A stretch of 64,000 bases of DNA, from the NCBI GenBank assembly GCA_016930775.1, contig JAFGGB010000087.1:405-64404 (forward strand), written 5' to 3'. The position numbers and the translations under genes are program-made. The notes under the pieces are model-generated. The model worked only from the letters and a program-made list of their open reading frames with translations. It made no database searches and was not told where the DNA came from. Positions 28,322 through 37,141 of the stretch are shown here, one piece after another. Positions within the stretch are counted from its first letter, which is position 1, and every line of letters starts with the position of its first letter. The DNA comes from Deltaproteobacteria bacterium. GTDB taxonomy: Bacteria > Desulfobacterota > Syntrophia > Syntrophales > UBA2210.

Positions 28322-29107
28322 ATGATTGTTGTTCTCGAAAAGATCGGATCGGCCTTCCTAAGCCTTTCGCGTTCATTCTTTACAACCCTGGGATTCTCCG
28401 GCGCTGTCCTCATCCGCATATTTTCTCCAAAAGCCTATACCAGCGCTTCCCTTTCGGTTCTGCTGCATCAGATCTACTTTACGGCCGTCCAGATCCTGCC
28501 CTTTTTTCTCCTGATATCCGTGATTCTCGGCACGCTTCTGATCGGAATAGCCTTCCAGACTATCAAATCCATGGGCCTTGACCGCTTCCTCGGCACTGTC
28601 CTGGTAGGCTTTATCATTACGGAGCTCTCTCCCTTCGTTACCGTTCTTCTTCTCGCCCTTCGTTCCAGTTCGGCCATCAATACGGAGGTCGCCGTAATGA
28701 AGGTAAACCGGGAACTTCGGACACTTGAAGTCTTCGGCATAGACGTTGTCGATTATCTCTTCCTTCCCCGCATAATGAATGGAATGATTTCCCTGACTCT
28801 GCTGAACGGTCTTTTTTCCGTCGTCCTTCTGGCAAGCGGTTTCTTTTTCTCGTTTTTCATCTTCGGCATGGATTTCCAGAGTTATTCTGAGCTTTTGGCC
28901 GAATCGATCGTTTTTTCCAGCATGATTATTCTCGTTGGCAAGTGCATCGCCTTCGGATTTTTCATAACCCTGATCCCCATAATGGCCGGAACCGGCGCAA
29001 CATACGACCTGACAACCATTCCGGTATCGGTGCTCCATGGCATGATCAGGGTCTTTTCTGCAATCATCGTCGTTGAGGTGTTGTCATTACTGGCTCGATT
29101 CATTTAG
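28322..29107 (+). CDS. mlaE: MlaE-family ABC transporter permease
   Basis: 261 aa, polytopic. The core ITELSPFVTVLLLALRSSSAINTEVAVMKVNRELRTLEVFGID matches the MlaE/YrbE pattern (ELGP..TA...AGR.GSA..AE.G.M....E). Confidence 0.85.
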   Translation: MIVVLEKIGSAFLSLSRSFFTTLGFSGAVLIRIFSPKAYTSASLSVLLHQIYFTAVQILPFFLLISVILGTLLIGIAFQTIKSMGLDRFLGTVLVGFIITELSPFVTVLLLALRSSSAINTEVAVMKVNRELRTLEVFGIDVVDYLFLPRIMNGMISLTLLNGLFSVVLLASGFFFSFFIFGMDFQSYSELLAESIVFSSMIILVGKCIAFGFFITLIPIMAGTGATYDLTTIPVSVLHGMIRVFSAIIVVEVLSLLARFI

Positions 29108-29154
29108 ATTTTTTTGCCCGGCGTTCCGACCTGGAAGCGGCCCTTGCGGATCTT

Positions 29155-29559
29155 ATGCTCCGCTTTCCTCATAGCGGCGTCGTTTCTCCCGGGGCGCCCC
29201 TCATATCGAATCTCAACGCGCTGGAAAACGTTGCCCTTGTCCTTCAGTATCACCGGAGATTTTCCTTCTCCCGGGCCCGCGATATGATTGTTCCACGGTT
29301 TCAGGTTTTTTCAATCGATCATTGCGCCGCTCTTCGGAATTCCGCACTTTCCGACGAAGAACGTTTTCTCGTCATGCTTCTGCGGGCCGCCTTCCGCGGT
29401 TCGCCGATTCTCCTGGACAGGCCTTTCATGCTCATTCCCGGCGTCGAACGCGCTGTTTTTATCAACGAATCTCTCTTGAAGATAGACGATTTGATCGGAG
29501 AGTGTTATATAATCGACTATCGGACAAATACAAACAGGTACGTTGCCAGCAATGCCTAA
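29155..29559 (+). CDS. degenerate MlaF-like ABC ATPase fragment lacking Walker A (possible pseudogene)
   Basis: 134-aa ORF starting 48 nt after mlaE. It aligns by eye to the C-terminal two-thirds of MlaF. LISNLNALENVAL matches the region after the Q-loop, but the Q is replaced. LSDEERFLVMLLRA is a degenerate LSGG signature. ILLDRPF is a Walker B with Arg where the catalytic Glu should be. There is no room upstream for a P-loop. Confidence 0.6.
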   Translation: MLRFPHSGVVSPGAPLISNLNALENVALVLQYHRRFSFSRARDMIVPRFQVFSIDHCAALRNSALSDEERFLVMLLRAAFRGSPILLDRPFMLIPGVERAVFINESLLKIDDLIGECYIIDYRTNTNRYVASNA

Positions 29560-30565
29560 ACGAATCGAACTAAAAGTCGGCCTTTTTATCGTCCTCACCT
29601 GTATCGTTATCGGAATATTCTTTCTCTATATCGCCTACAAGAAAGACTTGTTCTCAACAGTCTATACATACAAGCTGTCCTCCGAATCGGCCCAGGGTTT
29701 CAGTGTGGGGATGCCCGTCCTCTTCTCGGGCTTCCAGATCGGAAAGGTACAGCGTCTTGAACTTAATGAAGAAGGTTTCGTGCAAATTTTCATCACGGTG
29801 GCAGAACACCAGGTGAAGTGGCTCAGGAAAGACAGTGTATTCCTTCTTGAACGACCCTTGATCGGATCTCCCCGGATCGTCGTTTATACGGACAACATGT
29901 CGAGTCCTGTGCTCTCGTCGGACAGCGTGCCCAATATCTTTCCCGTGGACAGCATTGACGAGGCCGTCCAGAAAGTCCAGCGGCTTCTGGACAAGCTCAC
30001 CGTAATTTTCACGAACGTTTCCAGTCTCTCTGAACGGTTCGCAGCCAAGGAATCGGTTCTTGAAATGGCTCTTGGCGATGAAAAAAGCGTTGCAGCGATT
30101 CACCTCGCCGTTGCTAATGCGGAACGCCTTATGGCTCGAATCAGCGAGATAGCGGAACGGTTTGCGGCCAAGCAATCCCTCCTTGAAATGGCTCTCGGCG
30201 ATGAAAAAAGCGTCAAAGCGGTTCACGGCACGGTCACTCAAACCGAGCGTCTGATGGCCCGCATCAACGAAACAGCGGAACGGGTCGACGGGATCACTGC
30301 GGAGGCGTCAATAAAAATCCTCGGGCAGGAGGGCACTGTACCCCTGGTCAATGCGATTCTTAGAGATCTTGTCGGAAAGCTCAAGGAACTGGATTCCGTC
30401 GTTGCCGCGCTTCCCAAGGTCGGTTCAAACATAGCCTCTTCGACGGACCAGCTTGACCGGCTCCGCGCCGAGATAGACACGGCTCTCGTGACGATGAACA
30501 AGGTCCTTCAGGATTTGGAACGCCTGGTTCCGCTGTCAAAGGAAAGGGAGATTCTTCTGCCGTGA
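29552..30565 (+). CDS. mlaD: MlaD/MCE-domain protein with extended helical C-terminus
   Basis: An N-terminal TM helix (LKVGLFIVLTCIVIGIFFLYIA), then an MCE fold (GFSVGMPVLFSGFQIGKVQRLEL) and a long helical tail containing a tandem repeat. The ATG at 29552 overlaps the upstream stop. Confidence 0.85.
   Translation: MPKRIELKVGLFIVLTCIVIGIFFLYIAYKKDLFSTVYTYKLSSESAQGFSVGMPVLFSGFQIGKVQRLELNEEGFVQIFITVAEHQVKWLRKDSVFLLERPLIGSPRIVVYTDNMSSPVLSSDSVPNIFPVDSIDEAVQKVQRLLDKLTVIFTNVSSLSERFAAKESVLEMALGDEKSVAAIHLAVANAERLMARISEIAERFAAKQSLLEMALGDEKSVKAVHGTVTQTERLMARINETAERVDGITAEASIKILGQEGTVPLVNAILRDLVGKLKELDSVVAALPKVGSNIASSTDQLDRLRAEIDTALVTMNKVLQDLERLVPLSKEREILLP
30032..30277 (+). repeat. 2 x 123-bp in-frame tandem duplication inside mlaD
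   Basis: Unit 1 is 30032-30154 and unit 2 is 30155-30277. They encode ERFAAKESVLEMALGDEKSVAAIHLAVANAERLMARISEIA and ERFAAKQSLLEMALGDEKSVKAVHGTVTQTERLMARINETA. Confidence 0.9.
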
Positions 30566-31230
30566 GAAAGACAGCAACTCTTGTAATTCTGGCTGCTCTC
30601 CTGGTCGTCGAAGGATGCGGCGCCAAGGCGGTCCCTCGCTGGAGGACCTCCGCCTTTAACTATCTGGAGCAATACAAAGAGTTGACTCTTCTGGGCGACA
30701 CAAGATCGGCAGACCTTTTTTTCGCGAAAGCCCTTGAGGAAATCAAGAAGAGCGGCGATCTCCTTCTTCTCGGCAGGATCTATCTCACCCAATCGGCCCT
30801 TCGGACCGCCATAGGAGAGGATTCCCGGAATCCCTCATATGAAGTCGTCGCCGCTGCCGAGCATGATGCAGCCAATGCAGCATTTTACCGGTTCCTCCAG
30901 GGATCGCCCCAATCCACGGACATTGAGGTTCTTCCGAAGGCATACAGCCTCTTCGCAAAAGCTCTGTTCAACCGCGATATCGCCGGCGCGGAACGGCAAA
31001 TCTCGCTGATCGCCGATCCATTGTCACAAGCAATAGCCGCCTCGATTTTCATCAGAACCTTCGGTCCACGGGAAGGAGTTTTTTTAAAGGCCGCGGAAAC
31101 GGCTTCATCCCGGGGATGGAAGGCCGTTCTTCTCTTCCATCTCAATGGTCTTCAGGATTTCTACAGGGCAACGGGAAATATGGCGGCAGCCGACAGGATT
31201 CTCCAGCGTATAGCTCTCATCGCCGGTTAA
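30562..31230 (+). CDS. putative lipoprotein, helical, last gene of the Mla-like operon
   Basis: The GTG start overlaps the mlaD stop (GTGA). The signal peptide has a lipobox-like VVEGC. No family was recognised. Confidence 0.55.
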   Translation: MRKTATLVILAALLVVEGCGAKAVPRWRTSAFNYLEQYKELTLLGDTRSADLFFAKALEEIKKSGDLLLLGRIYLTQSALRTAIGEDSRNPSYEVVAAAEHDAANAAFYRFLQGSPQSTDIEVLPKAYSLFAKALFNRDIAGAERQISLIADPLSQAIAASIFIRTFGPREGVFLKAAETASSRGWKAVLLFHLNGLQDFYRATGNMAAADRILQRIALIAG

Positions 31231-31272
31231 TGAGGGTCCTTTTGCAGGATGTAGCGCAGCGGCTTTGGTCGT

Positions 31273-32250
31273 TTAACGCTCCAGGTAGGGATCGATGGCG
31301 GACAGGTACCTTCTAACGTACTCTTCCACAGCCTCCTCAAGGGAGTAAAAAGGCTTATCGTAGCCTGCCTTTCGGAGTTTATCCATCGCCGCCTCGGTGA
31401 AATACTGGTAGTGTGGCCGGACGCTTTCAGGCATGTCGCTGTAATCGATCTGTCTCTTCCTGCCCATGGCGTCGAAAACCGCCGCCGCAAGATCATTCCA
31501 GGTTCTTGCCGTTCCCGTTCCGACGTTAAAGATACCCGTTGCGCGCCGATTTTCCAGAAACCACCAGATCACCTCCGCGCAATCCTTCACATAAATAAAA
31601 TCCCTCATTTGTCCGCCATCCCCATAGTCTCCGCGATATGACTTGAAGAGGCGGACGGCGCCCTCGCGCCTGATCTGGCAGAAGGCCTTGTGGACGACGC
31701 TTCGCATATCCCCTTTATGATACTCGTTCGGCCCGAAAACATTGAAAAATTTCAGCCCCACAATCGTTCTTTCCAGGTTTTGCGAAAGCATCCAGCAATC
31801 GAAAAGATGCTTCGAATAGCCGTACATGTTCGTGGGCTTCAGTGTTGTTATCAGTTTGTCGTCATCATTGAAGCCCTGGTCGCCGTTTCCGTAAGAGGCG
31901 GCGCTGCTCGCGTAAATGAACGGTATATCCCGATCGGCCGCCCACTGAGCCAGGATCTTTGTATAGCGGTAGTTGTTTTCCATCAGGTAGTCGGCATTGC
32001 GTTCCGTCGTTGAAGAGCAGGCGCCCATATGAACTATCGCCGTTGCAGGAAAGGGCGCCCGGTCTTCTCTCACCATGGCAATGAAGCAATCCTTGTGGAG
32101 GTACTCCCGATAAGTGCAATTAACGAGATTCTTCCACTTCTCCGTAGCGCCGAGGTTGTCGACGACGACGATATCGTCAATTCCTTCCCTGTTAAGCCGC
32201 CACACGACGGCACTGCCGATAAATCCAGCTCCGCCTGTTACAACGATCAT
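31273..32250 (-). CDS. hldD: ADP-L-glycero-D-manno-heptose 6-epimerase
   Basis: MIVVTGGAGFIGSAVV, GACSSTTE, YASSAASYG, YGYSKHLFD and a C-terminal KLRKAGYDKPF. It is collinear with E. coli HldD/RfaD as remembered. The start is moved to 32250. Confidence 0.9.
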   Translation of the reverse strand: MIVVTGGAGFIGSAVVWRLNREGIDDIVVVDNLGATEKWKNLVNCTYREYLHKDCFIAMVREDRAPFPATAIVHMGACSSTTERNADYLMENNYRYTKILAQWAADRDIPFIYASSAASYGNGDQGFNDDDKLITTLKPTNMYGYSKHLFDCWMLSQNLERTIVGLKFFNVFGPNEYHKGDMRSVVHKAFCQIRREGAVRLFKSYRGDYGDGGQMRDFIYVKDCAEVIWWFLENRRATGIFNVGTGTARTWNDLAAAVFDAMGRKRQIDYSDMPESVRPHYQYFTEAAMDKLRKAGYDKPFYSLEEAVEEYVRRYLSAIDPYLER

Positions 32251-32311
32251 CGCTCTCCCCCGCGCCTCTTTTCGGTCAGTCGACCGAAAAGTCATTGATA
32301 TTCATACCTCT

Positions 32312-33088
32312 CTACGGATCTTCGCCTCTGTTGTCAAGTCGAATATCCCGTGTCCTGCCCTTGCCGTAATTGTCGATCTGCCGGCAAATTCCCCTTAAGA
32401 CTTTAACGTCCTTTCCATAGAGAACCGTTCGTGAAAAGAAACGCCTGAGGTGCGCCATCCAATATTCGGGATTTTCCGGATTGACAAAGTTAATTTTTAT
32501 CAGGATGTCCCTCAGATCGTCGTACATCTGCTCTCGCTCTGCGACTGTTGCCAGCGCGCCGAGCGGTTCTGTTGCGTCCGAACCTCCCGTTGTGAAGATC
32601 TCGTACAGGATTATCATTACTGCGTGAGAAAGATTTATGGACCGCATGCGTGCGGCGGTCGGTATCGTAACCAGCATGTCGCACAACCGAAGGTCATCGT
32701 TCGAAAGCCCCCTGTCTTCTGATCCGAAGAGAAGAGCCACGGCATTGTCCTGAGATACCGTCTCAAGACTGCGGGCCATCGCCTTGGGGTTCAGAATCGG
32801 TTTCCTCAAACTGGACGATCCTCTCCGCCCCGTCGTACCGACAACGTACTGAAAAGGCCCAAGAGCTTCTTCAAGACGATCCTTATATTCTATGCTGTCG
32901 ATGAGCGAGGCTGAAAAATGAGTCCCCATTTTTATCATTAACTCTCGATCCCTCTCCCGGGGATCAACGACAATTATTCTGGATACGCCCATATTCAGAG
33001 CGCAACGCGCTACGGAGCCGATATTGCCGGCATAGCGGGGTCTATGGAGAACGATTGCCAGATTATCGAATTTGATCTTCCTCGCCAT
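32312..33088 (-). CDS. trmJ: SpoU/TrmH-family tRNA 2'-O-methyltransferase, TrmJ-like
   Basis: IVLHRPRYAGNIGSVARCALNMG, ALLFGSEDRGLSNDDL and SINLSHAVMIILYE, plus a C-terminal extension typical of TrmJ. The ATG at 33088 is preceded by AGGAGG. Confidence 0.75.
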   Translation of the reverse strand: MARKIKFDNLAIVLHRPRYAGNIGSVARCALNMGVSRIIVVDPRERDRELMIKMGTHFSASLIDSIEYKDRLEEALGPFQYVVGTTGRRGSSSLRKPILNPKAMARSLETVSQDNAVALLFGSEDRGLSNDDLRLCDMLVTIPTAARMRSINLSHAVMIILYEIFTTGGSDATEPLGALATVAEREQMYDDLRDILIKINFVNPENPEYWMAHLRRFFSRTVLYGKDVKVLRGICRQIDNYGKGRTRDIRLDNRGEDP

Positions 33089-33178
33089 GGATCGATCCTC
33101 CTGCGCTTCCTGCTTGCCACGAGCCCTCTCATACCGTAAAGTGCCCTTCTGAGCAAAGATTTCCTGAGGCCGAGCACA

Positions 33179-33844
33179 ATGGACGATGTTGAAGCGATCA
33201 TTCGCCGGGCTTCCGAAGAGTTGGGCTGTTTTCTTGATGACGAAGCGATCGGCCGATTCCTTCAATACCACAAGGTATTGACATTATGGAACAGGCGGAT
33301 CTCCCTCATAGCGGAGAAGGGACCCTTGGACATCCCCGTAAAGCACTTCATCGATTCCCTGACGGCCTTGCCCTTTATCCATCCGGAGACCCGTCGTCTT
33401 CTCGATATCGGTTCAGGGGCCGGGTTGCCCGGAATCCCCTTGAAGATAGCCCGTCCCGAGCTCTTGGTTTCTCTTCTCGAACCAACGGGGAAGAAAACTT
33501 CTTTTCTGAAGGAAGCTCTGCGAAAACTCTCCTTAGAGGGGCTGGAGGTGCTGCAGGGACGGTCCGACGACCCCTTCATCCTGAGCAACCGCATGAATTC
33601 CTATGACATTGTTATTTCCCGCGCCACCTTCGCCCTCAAAGACATAATTCTCCAAGGACATCCCTACCTTCGTCGGAGGGGATTCATCATCGCCATGAAA
33701 GGTCCCGCCGTTGACAAGGAACTGTCCGAGGCAATGATGTATGCCCATAAAAAAAACCTCTCTCTCGCGACCGTACACCGGATGTCGTTGCCGCTCCTGC
33801 AGGAACAACGCGTAATTGTGGTATTTACAAATAATTCCAGTTAG
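33179..33844 (+). CDS. rsmG: 16S rRNA (guanine527-N7)-methyltransferase RsmG (GidB)
   Basis: WNRRISLIA...HFIDSL and the SAM motif LLDIGSGAGLPGIPLKI. Its position immediately upstream of parAB fits. Confidence 0.9.
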   Translation: MDDVEAIIRRASEELGCFLDDEAIGRFLQYHKVLTLWNRRISLIAEKGPLDIPVKHFIDSLTALPFIHPETRRLLDIGSGAGLPGIPLKIARPELLVSLLEPTGKKTSFLKEALRKLSLEGLEVLQGRSDDPFILSNRMNSYDIVISRATFALKDIILQGHPYLRRRGFIIAMKGPAVDKELSEAMMYAHKKNLSLATVHRMSLPLLQEQRVIVVFTNNSS

Positions 33845-33936
33845 TTTTTCGCAAGCTATTTCCCCTTCTAAACTCTACCGTTTTGTGCTACGCTCGCCTC
33901 ATCTTCCAGGAACGCTCATAATTTTCCCGGTCAGAC

Positions 33937-34719
33937 ATGACGAAGACGATAGCCATAGCAAATCAGAAAGGCGGTGTTGGAAAAACGACTACCGCCATCA
34001 ATCTCGCCGCCTCGCTGGCGGTTGCGGAGCGAAGAACCCTCCTCGTTGACTGCGACTCCCAGGCCAATGCCTCAAGCGGCCTCGGAATTGACCGGTCCTC
34101 ACTGTCGGACTGCCATCTTTACCACGCTCTCATCGGAAATCGCCCGGCCGAAGAGGCAATCCAGCAGACAGGAATTCCCATGCTTCACATCCTGCCGTCC
34201 GACAGAGATCTGGTCGGCGCGGAAATCGAGTTTGTCTCGTTGCCGGACCGGGAACATAAGCTGCGGGAGGCTTTGCGTTCCGTCATTGACCGTTATGATT
34301 TCGTTATAATCGATTGTCCGCCATCGCTGGGATTTCTTACTTTGAACGCCCTCGTGGCGGCCCGTTACGTAATCGTGCCTCTCCAGTGCGAGTATTTCGC
34401 CCTTGAAGGCCTGGGGCAGCTTCTCAACACGGTAAAGCTTGTGCAAAAAAGGCTTAACCCGGCTCTCGCACTGGCGGGAATACTTCTTACTATGTTCGAT
34501 TCGAGGAACAGAATATCGCACCGAGTCCGCGAAGAGGTCACGAGCTACTTCGGAAACAAGGTTTTCAAAACCATAATCCCCAGGAACGTCAGGCTCTCCG
34601 AAAGTCCGAGCCATGGATTGCCCATCATTCTCTACGATATCAATTCTCGGGGCTCCCTTTCCTACATGGAGCTCGCCCAAGAAATTCTCACGAACGGACG
34701 ATTTGCCAATGACCCGTAA
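33937..34719 (+). CDS. parA: chromosome partitioning ATPase ParA (Soj)
   Basis: Deviant Walker A IAIANQKGGVGKTTTAINLA, then DFVIIDCPPSLG. Confidence 0.95.
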   Translation: MTKTIAIANQKGGVGKTTTAINLAASLAVAERRTLLVDCDSQANASSGLGIDRSSLSDCHLYHALIGNRPAEEAIQQTGIPMLHILPSDRDLVGAEIEFVSLPDREHKLREALRSVIDRYDFVIIDCPPSLGFLTLNALVAARYVIVPLQCEYFALEGLGQLLNTVKLVQKRLNPALALAGILLTMFDSRNRISHRVREEVTSYFGNKVFKTIIPRNVRLSESPSHGLPIILYDINSRGSLSYMELAQEILTNGRFANDP

Positions 34720-35569
34720 GAACGCACTCGGTAAAGGCCTCGGGGCTCTTTTTTCAGATCTCGTCGATAACGCCGGCGCCGGCATTGTCAGTGCCGTCTG
34801 CGGCATTGAAGAGCTTTCGCCAAATCCTTATCAGCCCAGAAAGGTTTTCGACAGGGATGAGCTCAACCGGCTTGCCTCATCTATTTCAGAAAAGGGCATC
34901 ATTCAACCCATCGTGGTTCGAAGAACCGGTGGAGGCTATGAAATCATCGCCGGTGAACGTCGCTGGCGGGCGGCCCAAACTGCCGGTCTCAAGGAAGTTC
35001 CTATCGTAATTCGCGATGCCGATGATGCGGAGGTCGCTCAGCTTTCCCTCATAGAGAACCTTCAGAGAGAGGAGCTTAATCCTATCGAGGAAGCACATGC
35101 TTACCGGACGCTTGTGGACCGATTCGACCTGTCTCAGGAGGCCGTTGCCCTGATCGTGGGCAAGGATCGTTCCACCGTGACGAACACTCTCAGACTCTTG
35201 AAACTTCCCCAGGACATACAAGATGCGCTGAGCTCAAAAAAAATTACCGTCGGTCACGCCCGACCCCTCCTTTCGGTAGAATCGGTTCAGAATCAACTCT
35301 ACGCTTTCAATCGAGTTATGGCGAAGCGCCTCAGTGTCCGTGAAACGGAACTTCTCGTAAAGAAACTGACGGCAGATGCTCCAAAACAGTCGGTTCGCCA
35401 TGAAAAGGAACAAGCCATTGTCGATCTGGAAAACCGTCTTTCCCGACATTATCTAGCCAAAATCACAATAAATCCGGCAGTCAGGGGAGGCTCCATCGAA
35501 ATCCGTTACACCTCGGCGGATGATCTCAATCGGTTGCTGACGCTCCTGGCAAAAAACGATCATACGTGA
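34709..35569 (+). CDS. parB: chromosome partitioning protein ParB (Spo0J)
   Basis: MTRKNALGKGLGALF start, the GERRWRAA arginine patch and an HTH region. It overlaps the parA stop by 11 nt. Confidence 0.95.
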   Translation: MTRKNALGKGLGALFSDLVDNAGAGIVSAVCGIEELSPNPYQPRKVFDRDELNRLASSISEKGIIQPIVVRRTGGGYEIIAGERRWRAAQTAGLKEVPIVIRDADDAEVAQLSLIENLQREELNPIEEAHAYRTLVDRFDLSQEAVALIVGKDRSTVTNTLRLLKLPQDIQDALSSKKITVGHARPLLSVESVQNQLYAFNRVMAKRLSVRETELLVKKLTADAPKQSVRHEKEQAIVDLENRLSRHYLAKITINPAVRGGSIEIRYTSADDLNRLLTLLAKNDHT

Positions 35570-35605
35570 TTTTCTATGGCGGCGGGAGCGAGTCAGGAAA
35601 CGAGC

Positions 35606-35637
35606 TGTATCAACAACTGTTTACAAAGTTGTTTATA
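35606..35637. promoter_or_regulatory. degenerate DnaA-box-like repeats in the dnaA upstream region
   Basis: GTATCAACA (35606-35614) and the direct repeats TGTTTACAA and TGTTTATAA (35617-35625 and 35629-35637). Read on the other strand these are TTGTAAACA and TTATAAACA. That is 2 and 1 mismatches, respectively, to TTWTNCACA. Confidence 0.25.
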
Positions 35638-35650
35638 AGGGTAGTGGTCA

Positions 35651-36994
35651 TTGGAAACGATTTGGTTACATGCTATAGATATAATTCACAAAAATGTAAG
35701 TCAGCATCCTTTCGAAACCTGGATACGGCCCATCAAACTTGTTGCTATTGAAGGAACGAATGTGCAGCTGTCCGTTCCGAATATTTTTTTTAAAGACTGG
35801 CTTCGCGATAATTATCAAACAGTTATTCAGGGAGCGCTGGAATCTACGATGGGAATGCCCGTAACGATCAGTTTCGTCGTAGCAAAAGATGATCCGCTTC
35901 AAACAAGAGCGCAAATCAAACGTACAGCTGTCCACAAAGAACAAAAGAAAAAAAGAACCTCCATACATCCTTCTCTTAATTCTCACTATACATTTGATCG
36001 CTTTGTGGTCGGTTCCAGCAACCAGTTTGCCCATGCAGCCGCCACATCTGTTGCCGAACAGCCGGCAGCGAATTACAACCCTCTCTTTATTTACGGCGGC
36101 GTCGGTCTTGGAAAGACTCATCTCCTGAATGCCATCGGCATTCAAACAAACACGCTCTACCCGGAAAAGAATGTTCTCTATGTATCGGCTGAGGAATTCA
36201 TGAATGAGTTGATCAATTCCATTCGCTATGACAAAATGCCTTTGTTCCGGGAAAAATATAGGAATATCGATTCCTTGTTAATCGACGACATTCAGTTCAT
36301 CGCAGGGAAGGAACGAACGCAGGAGGAATTTTTCCATACGTTCAACACGCTTCATGATTCAGGCAAACAGATTGTCGTTACAAGCGATAAGTTTCCAAAG
36401 GAAATTCCCAATCTTGAAAAGAGACTCCGCTCACGATTTGAATGGGGTCTCATAGCGGACATACAACCTCCCGAAATAGAAACAAGAGTAGCTATTCTTG
36501 AAAAGAAGGCTCAGGAAAACAATATAGATATTCCAACTGCAGTGGCACACTACATTGCCTCCATCGCGGATTCCAATATCAGAGAATTGGAAGGAATTCT
36601 CACACGTGTCGCTGCATATTCTTCACTTACGGGCCGAATCATCGATATCGCTCTCGTTAAAGAGATCATAAAAAATATTTTAAGTCCAAGCAATACACGT
36701 AAGATAACCGTCGATATGGTCCTGAAAGCAGTGGCGTTAAAATTTAAAATAAAAATATCTGAGATTAAATCGGAGAAAAAAAATAAAAATCTTGTTCTTC
36801 CCCGCCAGATTGCCATGTATCTGTCCCGTTGTCTGACAGACGATTCTTTTCCGGATATCGGTATAAAAATGGGAGGAAGAGATCACTCGACGGTGATTTA
36901 CGCAAATAAAAAAATTTCCTCCTTACTTGAGCAAAATATTGAACTGAAATATACCGTCGAGGAAATTGAAGAGAGTCTGCACACCGGTGCCTAA
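35651..36994 (+). CDS. dnaA: chromosomal replication initiator DnaA
   Basis: 447 aa with a TTG start. FDRFVVGSSNQFAHAAA, Walker A GGVGLGKTHLL, LLIDDIQF and the domain IV motifs (LPRQIAMYL, GGRDHSTVIYA). Confidence 0.95.
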   Translation: METIWLHAIDIIHKNVSQHPFETWIRPIKLVAIEGTNVQLSVPNIFFKDWLRDNYQTVIQGALESTMGMPVTISFVVAKDDPLQTRAQIKRTAVHKEQKKKRTSIHPSLNSHYTFDRFVVGSSNQFAHAAATSVAEQPAANYNPLFIYGGVGLGKTHLLNAIGIQTNTLYPEKNVLYVSAEEFMNELINSIRYDKMPLFREKYRNIDSLLIDDIQFIAGKERTQEEFFHTFNTLHDSGKQIVVTSDKFPKEIPNLEKRLRSRFEWGLIADIQPPEIETRVAILEKKAQENNIDIPTAVAHYIASIADSNIRELEGILTRVAAYSSLTGRIIDIALVKEIIKNILSPSNTRKITVDMVLKAVALKFKIKISEIKSEKKNKNLVLPRQIAMYLSRCLTDDSFPDIGIKMGGRDHSTVIYANKKISSLLEQNIELKYTVEEIEESLHTGA

Positions 36995-37141
36995 ACATTC
37001 AATCACCGAGCATATTTCTTTTTTAATTAAAGTGAAACAGCGGCTTGCTGACAATTATCAACATATGAACAGGTCTTACTACTACTACTATTTATTTTTA
37101 TCTTAATTAGACTACAATAAAAGAACGAGGGGAACGACATT
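36995..37141. promoter_or_regulatory. candidate oriC / DNA-unwinding element between dnaA and dnaN
   Basis: One DnaA-box-like TTATCAACA (37055-37063). It is followed by a very AT-rich run (37076-37122) containing (TAC)4 and TATTTATTTTTATCTTAATTAG. No cluster of perfect boxes is present. Confidence 0.3.

Noticed and set aside
35333-35350. parS-like sequence CGTGAAAC inside parB. A second GTGAAACA lies at 37032-37039.
   Set aside because: These are half-sites only. The other half of the 16-bp palindrome TGTTNCACGTGNAACA is not present.
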